The position numbers were made by a program, and so were the translations under genes. Shown piece by piece: positions 39,916 to 54,518 of a DNA stretch of 64,000 bases (its first letter is position 1; every line of letters begins with the position of its first letter). The notes below the pieces were generated by a model. It worked only from the letters and a program-made list of their open reading frames with translations. It was not told where the DNA came from and did not search any database. This DNA is from the human T2T-CHM13v2.0 reference genome, Homo sapiens: assembly GCF_009914755.1 (NCBI RefSeq), contig NC_060933.1. One strand, given 5' to 3'.

Positions 39916-41582
39916 ATTACATTTTAATAGAGACACTATCAGAGAAATACACCGAAATGACTGGACTGAATTGGAAATGGAAAATGTAGAAATCTCATTT
40001 TCTCTTCAGAGACTATTGCAAATTTGTATGTATGTAATACACTAATCACATCAGATGCCAGTTTTAAGTACATATTTTCCTCCACTGTGTAGATTTGTTT
40101 CAATACGGAAAAATTTCAGAACATACGTAATCAATACAAAGCCATTCTCAGTAATTTATTTTCATTCCATGCCATGTTACTTAGGTTTACATTTACTACC
40201 TTAGAAAACATTATGTACAAAAGCTTTTCTTTCTTATAGTGAATTAAATCTCCAACTGCTTTTGTTTCTATTTTAAGAAAGTAAATATTATGACATAAAT
40301 GTTTGCAATGTTTTTGTTTAAATAAAGTATTTCTAGATTTCTCTTAATTCATAGTTACGTTTGTTTCTTTATTGATGTTCAAACACAGACTTTTAAAAAT
40401 TCATATTTTTTTCAAAATGTGTAACTATTTACTTTCTAGTTCAATTTAAAAAGCATTTACCATAAAAATGGCAGTATCTTTTTGTACAGATGCTACCTCT
40501 GAATCAAAGCCTCTCAGCAACTGGCAAACAGGAAGCTCTAATGCACTTTAACCCTAATAGTTATAAAATATGCAATCATCTGAAATCACATACTGATTTC
40601 CACTTCTTTTCTAACTATGGTTATATGTAAATATTTCACTTTCAATAATAGATCTTTGCCTGTTTATTTAGTTTTTTTTTTTCCTTGGCTTAGAAATAGT
40701 TTTTATGAAATATTCAAATACAAACATAGTCTCTAAAAGCAAAGTATGGTTCTTTGACAGCCAAAACACTTTCCCCTAAGCATTTCATTAGTTATATAAG
40801 TGATAAATGTTTTTCTGAATGGGAATTTACCTAAAGTGTTTCAAAATTAGGTGACCATTTGTGCTTTCCAAACCATACAGAACTTTATATTTATTCCTGG
40901 GTAAATCACCCATTTCCTTGTTCATCAAGATCAGGTGAAATGATATCCATGTGAGATAATTAATTCCTCTGCTATCTATTTTATTATACTTAGTTATTCA
41001 TCTAAAATAAATATCTACTATAACAAGTAAAATATATAATAGTGTAGAAGACAACAAGAGTATGTGTTTGCAGTATGTGTAATAGAGTTAAATATATCTA
41101 AATATAGTATATCTGTACTAAGGCAATGAACATCAATTTTAGCTAATCACCCTCATTAAAGCAAAGGGCACTACCATATGTGACATAGTTGTCATTGACA
41201 GTCTGTTAAATCTTGTAGCTGAGGTAACGGACAGGGAAGAGTTTGTGATAGTGAAATTTGTAGAACTAAGATCAAATTACCAAACACGTAGGCATTATTA
41301 AACAAATTCTCACCAATTACTTCAAAAATATTGTAACTTCTATTTAATATTTCTTGTTTTTAATCTTAAAAACTCTAAATTGAGTAGAATTTGAAATAGC
41401 AGTAAATTTCAGGTTAATGGAAATACAATCACACTTGTTATTATTGTTCAATTTTTTTTATTAAGTCTGAAGAAATATTTACTTGAATATGACATCTAAG
41501 AATGATGGACAAAAGCTTTTTAAATTTTCTTTCCACTCCTTTTTCTGAAAGCTTTGATACAAAAATCATTTGACACAAATGG

Positions 41583-41840
41583 TTTTTTTTTGTGTGACAG
41601 GATCTTACTATGTTGCCCAGGCTGAAGTGCAGTGTGCTCATGCAATCCTCCCATCTCAGCCTCCTGAGTAACTGGGACTACAGGCACATGCCGCCATGCC
41701 CAGCTAATTTTTGTATCTTTAGTAGAAACAAGGTTTTGCCACATTGCCCAGGCTGGTCTCCAACTCGTGGGCTGAAGTGATCTGCCCACCTTGGCCTCCC
41801 AGTGTTCTGGGATTACAGGAGTGAGCCACTGTACCCGGCT
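41583..41840 (-). mobile_element. AluJ (internal deletion in the right monomer)
   Basis: GCAGTG joined directly to GCTCATGCAATCCTCCC; ACATTGCCCAGGCTGG. Confidence 0.9.
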
Positions 41841-42315
41841 GATGCAAATGATTTCTATTATTAATATCTTGCAGTTATTCTTCCATTGGATAACCATCAA
41901 TGTCAAAATAAAGATTATTAGTTACTGAAGGACTGAAAAATCAAAAATCAACTTCATGAGATGCTTTACAAACAAGTGTTCTCTTTTAATATTTGACTCA
42001 GTAAAAGTTTTTAAGAAAAGTTAAGTTTGTGTTTTTATTTGTGTATACTCTCTAGTGCTTAAATGTATCAGGATAGAACTTTTCTAAACTAGGTCAGTCT
42101 TTTTTCCATATCTATGGTTGAATACTTCAGTTAAATAAAGCAATGGTAGATAGCAAACTATGTTATAATTGGCATTTTGGGCACTTGTTGCAATTAATTG
42201 CCAAAAAAAGCATATCTCACCACAATTGATCTCTCGTTTTTCCACTCTCATTTATTTCCCTTCACTTTCTTCTTGGCTTCTGCAAAAGCATTTGTTTTTC
42301 CTTTTTCTTTCTTCT

Positions 42316-42840
42316 TTAAAAAAATATATTTGAAGAGATTTATTCTAAGCCAAATATGAGTAACCATGGCCAGTGACACAGCACTCAGGAGGTCCTGAGA
42401 ACATGTGCCCAAGGTGGTTGGGATGCAGCTTGCTTTTATACATTTTAGAGAGGCATGAGACATCAATTAACTACACTTAAGAAATACATCAGTTTGATCC
42501 AGAAAGGTGGGACAACTCAAAGCAGAGGGAGTGGGGGTGGGAGGGGTTGGGGCTGGCAGGGGGGTTGGGGGATGGGAGGGTATTGGGGTTTGGTGGTTGG
42601 TTCCAGGCTATAGGTGAATTTAAACATTTTCTGGTTGATAATTGGTTGAGTTTGATTCAAGACCCGGGAATGATAGAAAGGGAATGTTCAGGTTAAGATA
42701 AAAGACTGTGGAGACCAAGGTTCTTTTGAAGTCTTACAGTGGCTGCCCTTAGAGACAATAAATGACAAGTGTTTCCTATTCAGATCTTTAAAAGGTACTA
42801 GACTTTTAGTTAATCTCTTTAGAACTGCGAGGGCCATTTT
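42316..42840 (-). mobile_element. MER4A-family ERV1 LTR with expanded G-rich tract
   Basis: ATATTTGAAGAGATTTATTCT..AGCCAAATATGAG, CCTGAGAACATGTGCCCAAGGTGG, GGAGACCAAGGTTCTTTTGAAGTC. Confidence 0.85.
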
Positions 42841-42999
42841 TTCATATTATAATTTATCTCCTTCATGTCTGTAACAAAGATAGGAATCGCTATAAAGTGT
42901 CTTCCCAGTTTCTGCCTAACCACATCCCTGGATTTCCTGGCTCCTGGCTTGGCATATGTTTGGGGTTAGCCTTCTCCCACTGCTAATTTGTATGCCATA

Positions 43000-43400
43000 A
43001 GATGGTTGTTTTGTTCCTCAGTACATTTATGTCAGATATAATTGTTACTGTAGTAAACAACTATTGTGTAAAAAAATGATAAGTGAGTGTGAAAGTAAAA
43101 AAACAAATCAGAAAATGAAGCAGAATGTAAATAATTGATAAAGACAAGTTCTGAAAAAATATCAAATTGGATTGAGGAGTCAGACACCTGTAAGAGGTTT
43201 ATTTGAGGGGCTAAGCGTGCTGGTATTTACACACATATTACTTCTTGTGTCTCTTCAATTTATTGGTTCATTTCAAAAAACCAAAGCTAAAAATCATAAA
43301 ATATTCATTAGGTAAAAAGAAACAAAGTTCAATGAATCCATACATACATACCGAAGACCTTTGTCGGATAGTTGACAAGTATATTTGCATATATGTTTTC
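43000..43400 (+). mobile_element. Ancient Tigger (Tigger13a-like) fragment
   Basis: Weak colinear similarity to the recalled consensus (GAGTGTGAAA, GATAAAGACAAG, AGACACCTGTAAGAG, AAACCAAAGCT). Confidence 0.4.
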
Positions 43401-43420
43401 CAAGGTAAAAGAAAATTTGT

Positions 43421-43781
<361 letters not shown>

Positions 43782-44916
43782 TTATTTTAGAAGAATTTTT
43801 TTTTGTAGAATGATTTGTGCTAAAGCAATACATCTCTTTCTATCATATACTGATATCTTGAAAACTTTTATAACGTTTCTTGTCACATTCAGTATTTTAA
43901 AAATAGGATTGATTCTAAGTTTTGAGTTTATGGTGTATTTGAATATTAGAGATATTATCTCTTATACATTTCAAAGCTTTGCTGCATTCTAAACTCAGTT
44001 CTGCCTTAGCCTTAGTAATGGCAATGAAGTGCGGGGATAGAATGTTCACTATTTTTTTATGTGCTGTTAAAATTTCATACCTCCTGTTCTATCTTGAAGT
44101 CTTACAGTTTTGGAATGGTGAGTGGGGGAAACAAGCATAAAACTATTACATAATTCATGCAGTTTTCACTGGGCAACAGTATCCTCTGAATGGTGAAATG
44201 GCTACTTTTCATTTATTTATTTTTTTCTCTCCTGGGGTAAAACGCTTGAAAACTGCACCACTGGGAAATTGCAGCTATAGTCCATGTTTCAACATAGTTC
44301 ATGCTTCTTTGAGTTGGCCACTTACTGTTTACTCTCATCTCCTTAGGTTTAGCAGTAAAGACCTGTAAGATTTCTTCTGTTAGGATCATCTAGCCATTCC
44401 AAACATTTCTCTTAGATTTGATTCTTTCAAGACAAATCAACCCAATAAAAATCTCATAAATAAAGGTGAGCTAGCTACCACATTTGGTGTACTCATCTGA
44501 CCAAACCAAATTTTATGTATACATTCAATTCTCAATCCAACCCAGTCTGTTTGCCTAAGCCATTCCAGACAAACTTCCACTTTGAAGGTTTTAAATGCAT
44601 AAGTCAGATAGCAATCCTTCAGTTGCCCCAGAGGCACATCACGTTCTTTGAATGCTTCAGTATAGTCCTCTTCATTTAGCAATCAGTGAGGCAATACACT
44701 GGCATCATGATCCCTTTTTTTAGGAACTCTGTACAAAATTCCCTTTGAAAATATAAATTTTGGAAATGAGTGATGAGCAAAGGGGTTTCATTAACATTAT
44801 CACAATCTCTTGATATATCTGCTTGATAATGTAGCACCTATTATTTGGGGCCATTAGGACCTTGGCAGAAATTCTGGTAAATGTAAAGAAACCACATTTA
44901 ACATCCAGTTAATTTA

Positions 44917-45230
44917 GTTTGTTTGTTTGTTTTGTTTTTGTTTTTGTTTTTGTTTTTGAGACGTTGTCTTACTCTGTCACCCAGGCTAGAGTGCGGTGGT
45001 GTGATCTCGACTCACTGCAACCTCCACCTCCACCTTCTGGGTTCAAGCAATTATCTTCCTCAGCCTGGGATTACAGGAACCCACCACCATGCCCACCTAA
45101 TTTTGTATTTTTAGTAAAGACGGGGTTTCACCGTCTTGGTCAGGCTAGTCTTGAATGCCTGACCTCGTGATCCACCTGCCTCGACCTCCCAAAGTGCTGG
45201 AACTACAGGCATGAGCCACCTTGCCTGGCC
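44917..45230 (-). mobile_element. AluS (Sg-like) with (TTTG/TTTTTG)n tail
   Basis: Antisense Alu dimer with CCTGACCTCGTGATCC. Confidence 0.92.
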
Positions 45231-45685
45231 TCAATATTGTTTTTAATAATTTCTGCTTTACTTGCAGTTAATCATATCAGGCCGTCTACCATACCCAGTT
45301 GTGTCAGCAAGAAGATCTGTACAATGATAAGTAACACATGGCTCCCAGGGCTAACATATTCCTAACACTTATATAAACACTTTTTCAGAAATTTGACAAT
45401 ATTTTATAATTAAACAATATCTTATTTTACAAGAAAAGATATGGTATCACAATACTCTGAGCAAAGAGTTAATTTGCTTCTCAAATTTCCTAGATAATGA
45501 AGTAGTCCTAAAATATTTAACTCAGTATTGGTAATAGTTTCAATTTGAGGAAGTGTTCTGAATAGCCTTTTTAATGCTGATGTCATAAGATTGTGTTACA
45601 AACACAGACTTTCATTTAAAGACACTTTATGTTTAATTTTGTTCTAAAAAATAAAATTATATATAAATACACATGTATCCTAAAC

Positions 45686-45710
45686 TATATATGTATAATA
45701 TACATATATG

Positions 45711-45742
<32 letters not shown>

Positions 45743-45762
45743 AGGAGAGAGAAACAGAGACA
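45686..45762. repeat. (TA)n then (GA)n microsatellite
   Basis: Directly visible. Confidence 0.9.
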
Positions 45763-47002
45763 AAGAAAGCCATAAATCCTGAATTTGTTGTTGTCAATGG
45801 TGTTTGATAGCATCACTTTGTAACTCAATAGGATGTATCTGCACAAAGCTAAAATTAATTTATTTTTGCCATACAAGGCAAGTGTATCTTGTTGACATCT
45901 ATAGAGAAAATAAATCACCCTCTAAAGAACTGTTTATAAATAAATAATTGATATCTGAAAATTCAGAAAAAGTACCACTATCATTTTACTTACCATATTG
46001 CATTGAAATTATATGTTTATGCTTCTCTTGCTTCTACCTCTCTGTGAATTCAAGGTTAGAAAAGGAGAAATTTTTATCTTAGCATTCCCAGGACCAATCA
46101 CAATATCTAATACTTAGAGCGTGCAATGTTGGTTGAACTGAAATAAATCTGATATAAAAACAAATAATGCTTTAGGGAAGTGATTTTTCATTTGAGATTA
46201 TTTTCTCAGAAAAATTAATATGACCAGGTTTTCATCCTATGCAAACATTAGTATGCCTTATTGATTTTTCACTAAGTTATATAGCTTATATTATAAGACT
46301 TTTTTATGGGTGTCTCTACCTACAGATTCCAGGCACTAACAAACCTGTAGAAATTCATAAATTTAATGCATTTTATCAAGTTGATTAATATAGCATGAAC
46401 ATTTTTGAACTGGCTTCACAAATCATTTATTGTTAAATGTTATTCTTATACCTGTATTAGAGAGAAAAAAGCCAGAGGTGGCAAGGTGATATACAGATCA
46501 ACTGGAAATCCACAAGTTTTGGTTTGGAACTCTTTGGAAAATTGAATAAAGAGTCACACCTTGCTCAAAACTGAATTAGTAAAAGCGATGCACATATCAA
46601 TAAACAAACTTCTCTAATAAAAAAAAGCATTAAAAATATAGTCAGCATATATTTTTCTGGAATATAAAATTGAGGAACTAGAATAATTCAACTTGAATAA
46701 GTGTAACTAATTCATTTTCTGCAAAATATTACCCACAGTTTGAGTATTTTTCTATTTATTCTATCGGAAAAAAATGATATACCACTGTACTGGAAATATT
46801 CAGAAAAGTTTGTCTATTTTTTAAAATTGTACTTATTATACCTTTATAACCGTGAGATAATATATTTATTATTTGAATGAGAATTAAATGTTTATGATTT
46901 ATACAAAAATGCCTGACACAGACTACTATGCCCACAAAAGTTGAATGGTTGTTTTTAGCTTATATATACCTATACAGGTTAATAGATATATCTTTACTTC
47001 TT

Positions 47003-47297
47003 TTTTCTTTTTTTTTGAGACGGAGTCTCACTCTGCAGCCCAGGTTGGAGTGCAGTGACATGATCTCGGCTCACCGCAAGCTCTGCCTCCCAAGTTCACG
47101 CTGTCCTCCTACCTCAGCCTCCTGAATAGCTGGGACTACAGGTGCCCGCCACCACGCCCGTCTTATTTTTTGTATTTTTAGTAGCGATAGGGTTTCACCG
47201 TGTTAGCCAGGATGGTCTCAATCTCTTGACATTGTGATCCGCCTGCCGCAGCCTCCCAAAGTGCTGGGATTATAGGCGCGAGCCACCGCACCCGGCC
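47003..47297 (-). mobile_element. AluY
   Basis: GCAAGCTC, GTGTTAGCCAGGATGGTCTC; 17-bp TSD ATATATCTTTACTTCTT (46986-47002 / 47299-47315). Confidence 0.93.
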
Positions 47298-47559
47298 AAT
47301 ATATCTTTACTTCTTATAAGAAATGAGTAACTTTATTAATTCTACCAACAGATAACATTCTTCCTCTCAGAGATTAATATGCAATCATTTCCTAACCTTA
47401 TTTTATTGCGCTATATTTTAAATATAATAAACGTGTCAAAAATGTGGTTTCATACTTTTTATAAATTGATATATTTAGCTAATTACACTAAATCTAGAAA
47501 ATACTATTGTGCTTATTCAAACTTCTCTTCTCTTCTTCAGAGGCAAACCTGTATAATTT

Positions 47560-47703
47560 CTTTGGTTTGTTTGTTTGTTTTAAGACGTAGTCTTACTCTG
47601 TTACCCAGGCTAGAGTGCAGTGGTACAATGTGAGGTCACTGCAACCTCCGCCTCCCGGGTTCAAGCGATTCTCCGGCTTCAGCATCCCAAATAACTCAGA
47701 TTA
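47560..47703 (-). mobile_element. AluS right-monomer fragment
   Basis: (TTTG)n tail plus GCAACCTCCGCCTCCCGGGTTCAAGCGATTCTCC. Confidence 0.88.
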
Positions 47704-48124
47704 AACCCTTATAATTTCTATCATGATTGATTAATTTTGTTCATCTTCAAATTCCAATAATTAGAATTCCTACAGGATGTGTGTGTGAGTGTGTATCTGG
47801 TTTATTTTCTTTAGCATAAATAAATATTTGAGATTTAGCCAAATATTTGTGTGTATCATTTTTTTATTTTTCCTCATATTTCTGAGTTGCCTACGTATTT
47901 GTCAGAGTTTGCTTATTCATTAGTCTGTTAGTGAATATTCAGATTGCTTTCAGAATTAGCTTTTACAAATAAAGGACTTAGGTGCATTCTCAAACAGGTT
48001 TTTGTGTAAATATATGCTTTTATTTTTGTTGGATAAATTTCTAGAATTGAAATTGCTGTGCTATAGGGTAGATGTATGTTGGCCTTATTGAGAAGCGAAT
48101 TATTTTTCAAAGCGGTTGTTCCAC

Positions 48125-48428
48125 TTTTTTTTTTTTTGAGACACAGTCTTGCGCTGCCGTCTGGGCTGGAGTGCACTGGCGTGATCTGGGCTCACCGCAA
48201 GCTCCACTTCTCAGGTTCACGCCATTCTCCTGCCTCAGCTTCCTGATTAGTTGGGACTACAGGCGCCCGCCACCATACCCGGCTAATTTTTTTTTTTTTT
48301 TTGTATTTTTAGTAGAGACGGGGTTTCACCATGTTAGCCAGGATAGTCTCGATCTCATGACCCCGTGATCCGCCCGCCTCGGCCCCCCAAAGTGCTGGGA
48401 TTACAGGCATGAGCCACCGCGCCCAGCC
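48125..48428 (-). mobile_element. AluY
   Basis: GCAAGCTCC, GGTTCACGCCATTCTCC, TGTTAGCCAGGAT. Confidence 0.92.
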
Positions 48429-49336
48429 AGTTGTTCTATTTTACACTCTCACAAGAAATAGACACGACTTCTAGTTTCCCCACATATTTGCCAATATTAG
48501 TATTATCATTTTAAATGGTAGTCTTTCCAGTTTCGATGCATTTTGGTTGCATTTCCCCTTATCTAATAACGCTGAGCATCTTTTCACATTCCTATAAGCC
48601 ACTTGTATCTCTTGTTTTGTGAAATACCTGTTCAAGATTCTTATAACTATTTAGTGGATCTCAGGAGTACTCTGTGCGTTTTGAACACGCAATTTTTTTC
48701 TCATACATTTATCACAGTCTATGGCTTAAAATTATATTTTCTTACATTTTGCAGTTTTATTAGGATACATTTTTAATTAATATCTACAATTTATCAATTT
48801 TTACTCTTATGATAGTGCTTTCTCTGTTCAGAAATATTTTTCCTATTATAATAGCTCGCAGATATTGTTTAATTTTTTTCTTTTAAAAGCTTTCTGAATT
48901 TTGCTTTTTCATTTTTATGCCTACATTAAAAATATTGGACTAGTTTTGTGTATACAAAGGACTGATGCATGTATTTTTTTAATATGAGAATGCATTTATT
49001 TCAAAAGCCTTTGTTAAAGACTTACTTTCCCCACTGAATTATCTACATGCCCTTATAAACATTTAATTTACTGCATAGGTGGAGGTCTAATTTTGAACCC
49101 TTCTTTATCCTTATTATTTTTGTGTTATGATGCTTTGATACTGCAGCTTTCTTAGATGTCTGAAAATTGGCTCTATTTTTTTCTCAAAATTCTAGGTCCT
49201 GTGAATTTTCCAAACAAATTTTGGAAACAGCTTGTGAATTTCTCTCAAAATGTTTGCCACAATTTACTACAGAGTTGTAGTAAATAGATATAGAATTCAT
49301 TGTAGTCAATAAACTACAAACTATAGATTGCATTGA

Positions 49337-49649
<313 letters not shown>

Positions 49650-50100
49650 GCTACTGCATTGATTCTAAAGATTAACTTCCAGAGAATTCACATCAATGTT
49701 GCATCTTCAAATCTATGAACATGGTAGATCTTTACATTTATTTAAGTCTTCTGTAATGTTTCTCTACAAGAAATTTTAAAAAGTTTTAGTGTGAAAGATT
49801 TTTAAAGGTTTCACTTAAATTATTCTTAACTATTTTTATACCATTAAAATTTTACTTTTAAATGTATTCTCAATTGTTTATTTCTAGTATTTAGAAATTC
49901 CATTAATTTTCCATATTATATTTTGTGTATTGACCTTGCATTCTACACATTCTGCACCATTATTGAATTTGATTCTTATTATTCACAGCTTTTTAAATAA
50001 ATATATTAGGATTTTCTTCATATACAATATACATATATATGTTCTGTGAATAAAAATATTTTTTCTTTTCACTTTTCAATTTTTATGCTTTTCATTTCTT

Positions 50101-51396
50101 AACCCCATGCAAGTCCGAAATCCAGAGGGGCAGCCAAATCTTAAAGCTCCAAAATGATCTCCTTTGACTCCATGTCTCACATCCTGATCATGCAGATGCA
50201 AGAGGTGGGTTCCCATGGTATTGGGCAGCTCTGCCCCTGTGGCTTTGCGGGATATAGCCTGCCTTCTGGCTGCTTTTGTGGGCTGGTGTTGAGTGTCTGT
50301 GGCTTTCCCAGGAACATGGTGTTGTTGGTGGATCTAACATTCTGAGGTCTGGAGGATGGTGGCCCTCTTCCCACAGGTCCACCAGGCGGTGCCCCAGTAG
50401 GGACTCTGTGTGGGGGCTCCCACCCAACATTTCCCTTCCTCACTGCCCTAGCAGAGGTTATCAATGAGGGCCCCATCTCTGCAGCAAACTTTTGCATGGG
50501 CATCCAGGTGTTTCCATATATCTTCTGAAATCTAAGCAGATGTTCCCAAACCTCAATTCTTGATTTCTGTGCATCCACAGGCTCAACACCACGTGGAAGC
50601 TGCCAAGGCTTGGGGCTTCCACCCTATGAAGCAACAGCTCAAGCTATACTTTGGTCCCTTTTAGTCACAGCTGGAGTGGCTGGGATGCAGGGCACCAACA
50701 CCCTACACTGCACACAGCATGGGGACCCTGGGCCCAGCAAAACCATTTTATTCTAGGCCTCTGAGACTGTGATGGGAAGGGCTGCTGTGAAGACTTCTGA
50801 CATGCCCAGGAGACATTTTCACCATTGTCTTGGGGATTGACATTCAGTTCCTCGTTACTTATGCAAATTTCTGCAGCCAGCTTAAATTTCTCCTCAGAAA
50901 ACGGGTTTTTCTCTTCTATCACATTGTCAGGCTGCAAATTTTCTGAACTTTTATGCTCTGCTTGCCTTATAAAATGAATGCCTTTAAAAGCACCCAAGTC
51001 ACTTCTTCAACGCTTTGCTGTTTAGAAATTTCTTCTGTCAGATACCCTAATTCTTCTGTCAAGTTCTAAGTTTCACTAATCTTTAGGGCACGGGCAAAAT
51101 GCTGCCAGTCTCTTTGCTAAAACATAACAAGAGTCAACTTTGCTCTAGTTTCTAACAAGTTCCTCAACTCCATCTGAGACCACATCAGCCTGGATCTCAT
51201 TGTTCACATCATTATCAGCGTTTTGGTCAAAGCCATTCAAAACGTCTCTAGGAAGTTCCAAACTTTCCTGCATTTTCCTGTCTTCTGCTGAGCCCTTCAA
51301 ACTGTTCCAACCCCTGCCTGTTACGCAGTTCCAAAATTGCTTCTGCATTTTCAGGTATCTTTTCAGCAGCATCCCACTCTACTGATACCAGTTTAC
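50101..51396 (-). mobile_element. THE1-internal (MaLR), 3'-truncated
   Basis: CTTAAAGCTCCAAAATGATCTCCTTTGACTCCATGTC, GGAAGTTCCAAACTTTCC; ORFs at 50177-51385 are typical decayed MaLR-internal translations. Confidence 0.9.
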
Positions 51397-51751
51397 TGTA
51401 TTAGTCTGTTTTAATGCTGCTGATAAAGACATACCCAAGACTGGGCAATTGACAAAAGAAAAAAGGTTTAATTGGACTTACAGTTTCATGTAGCTGGGGA
51501 AGCCTCACAATCATGGTGGAAGGCAAAGAGGAGCAAGTCGTATCTTACATGGATGGCAGCAGGCAAAGAGAGCTTGTGCAGGAAAACTCCCCCTTATAAT
51601 AACCATCAGACCTCATGAGACTTACTCACTATCAGGAAAACAGCACAGGAAAAGCCTACCTCCATGATTCAATTACCTCCCACCAGGTTCCTCCCACAAC
51701 GTATGGGAATTCAAGATGAGATTTGGGTGGGGACACAGCCAAACCACATCA
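51397..51751 (-). mobile_element. THE1B-like 5' LTR
   Basis: TGTATTAGTC..GCTGATAAAGACATACCC..GATGAGATTTGGGTGGGGACACAGCCAAACCACATCA; 355 bp. Confidence 0.92.
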
Positions 51752-52129
51752 ATGAAGCTCTCTGTTGTATATGTTAATGCTGATAATGTTTTTTTGTTTT
51801 GTTTTTGAGATAGAGAAGGAGATCTTAGAGACAAAAAAGGGGAAGCTCCATTAAAATTGGTAAAGGAAGAAACATAATATGAAAGGAGGGAAATAATGAG
51901 GTAAAAGATGCAGAGACTGCTTTCCAGACAAAGTAAGAATGAACTTCACTTTGGAATAACAAAGCAGTGCTTGCTTGGCAAGGTGAGTCTTAGAATCTGA
52001 CTAACATCAACAGGGCAGAGTCTCAGGTAATTAACAAAACCAGGAAGGAACAGGGAGCAGCAATGCTAAAACACAAGAAACCAGGTTACTTTGTCCTACT
52101 TCATAGTTGTTATTTTCCTAATCATTGGA

Positions 52130-52950
52130 GATAAGCTATGATTAACAGAAAAACTACCCATGTAAAATATTGTCACCCAACTTTTAAGAAAAACAAGAAA
52201 GAAGATACAAAACTTAGCAAACAGAATAAGTAATTTCAGAGAATCAGAATTAAGAAAAGAAACAAATGTAATTACAGTAAGTGTAATTCATATCTTCAGA
52301 GACATGCAAGAAGAGGTTACATTTTAGAAAATACTGATAATAGCTCTTGGATTAAAAACTCAACAGATGTTCTGAAGAGAACAATAGACATAGTTAAATA
52401 TAGATCTAGCAAGTTTGAAGTTTAAAAGTTGAATAATTTTCTCTGAATCCAATGGCTAGGAAAAAATGAAGAAAGGTAAAGGGAGGTAAAGTGAAGATAA
52501 AGAATTGTTGACGTAAAGTTGTTTAAAATGCTAGAAAAAAAGGAAAGTAAACATAAAGATGGAAATAATTAAAGAACTAATTTAAATATTTTTTAGAACT
52601 AGAAATACTGTAGATTTGAGATTTAAAGTTTTCATAGAAGTATGAACTTATATTAATGGAGAAATTCTACTGACAGACATCTCTTGAAGAAGCAATGGGA
52701 TACTAATGATTAGGACAGAATCATAAAGACTTCCAGAGTAGGAGGATAGAAAGGTAATTTTCAATGGAATAAGAAGTAGATAGAAAATTTATTCTTAAAC
52801 ATGTAGATGTTGTTAATAACTGGGACAAGACCATCAATGTCTGAAGAAATAAATGTTTTTACAAATAGTGTCCTATAAGTACCCAAATACGCATTTAATT
52901 TTGTGGACAAAGCAAAGACAATTGTGCATATCTCCCAATTCCCAAGCATT
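52130..52950 (+). mobile_element. Ancient L1M ORF1-like remnant
   Basis: A-rich tract with AAAACTCAACAGATG and GAAATAATTAAAGAA motifs; highly decayed. Confidence 0.45.
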
Positions 52951-53056
52951 TAAAAATCCAAAAATAAAATAATAAAATTAACAAACAGATTTTTAGAATT
53001 ATATCTGGCAGGAGTTTGGATCAGTCATAGAGCGCAATAGCATACTTGAAAATAAG

Positions 53057-53547
53057 GACAATATAGCCATTTTAATGATATTGATTCTTCCTATCCATGA
53101 GCATAGAATGTTTTTTCATTTGTTTCATCCTCTCTGATATCTTTGGTGTTTTTAGTTCTTACAGAGATCTTTCACCTCACTAGTTAGTTGTATTCCTAGG
53201 TATTTGATTCTTTTTGCAGCAATTGTGAATCAGATTGCATTCCTGATTTGGCTCTCCGCTTGACTCTTGTTGGTGTATGGGAATGCGAGTAATTTTTGTA
53301 TGTTCTTTTTGTATCCTGAGACTCTGCCAAAGGTGTTTTTCATCTTAAGGAGCTTTCGGGCCTTAAGCTTTTGGGCCTATAAAGTTTTCTACATATAGGA
53401 TCATGTAATCCACAGACAGGGATAGTTTGACGTCCTTTCTTCCTATTTGGGTACCCTTTATTTCTTTCTCTTGCCTAACTGTTTTGGCAAGGACTTCCAA
53501 TACTATGTTGAACAGGAGTGGTGAGAGAGGGCATCCTTGTCTTGTGC
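53057..53547 (-). mobile_element. Primate L1 (L1PA/PB) ORF2 reverse-transcriptase fragment
   Basis: Translation [36 protein letters not shown] is L1 RT; catalytic FADD decayed to SVDY. Confidence 0.92.
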
Positions 53548-53998
53548 ACAAAATACACTAAAATAAAATTGCTTAAAACTAGTGATAAAGAAAAATTCTC
53601 AAAGCGGCCAATGACAAAAACACAGTTTGCACAGAGGAACAAAAAATGCCAGCAAACATTTTATTGGAAACAAAGAAAATTAGAAGATAATGAAGCAACA
53701 TCTTTAAAGTACTGGAAGATAAACATTGTCAGCTGGGAATTGTAGACTCAGAGAAATTATCTTTCAAGATGTAGGTGAAATAAAGATTTTGTTCAGGCAC
53801 TTAGAACCTGAAAGAAATCATCACCAGTAAAACAACACTATAAAAAATGTTAAAGAAAATGTTTCAGGCAGAAGTAAAATAATATCAAAAGGAAATTTGG
53901 ATCTACATAGAAGAATGAAAAGCACTGGAAATGGTATCAACATGGTTAAATATATAAGATCCTTTTATTTCTGTTTGAATTCAATTGATTGTTTAAAC

Positions 53999-54518
<520 letters not shown>

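Noticed and set aside
50154-51385. Cluster of 60-133 aa ORFs in a GC-richer block
   Set aside because: Fragmented THE1-internal ORF remnants, not a cellular gene
53363-53551. Reverse-transcriptase motif QGCPLSP as a possible novel retroelement or RT system
   Set aside because: Ordinary L1 ORF2 fragment; catalytic aspartate motif decayed, only about 490 bp, non-functional
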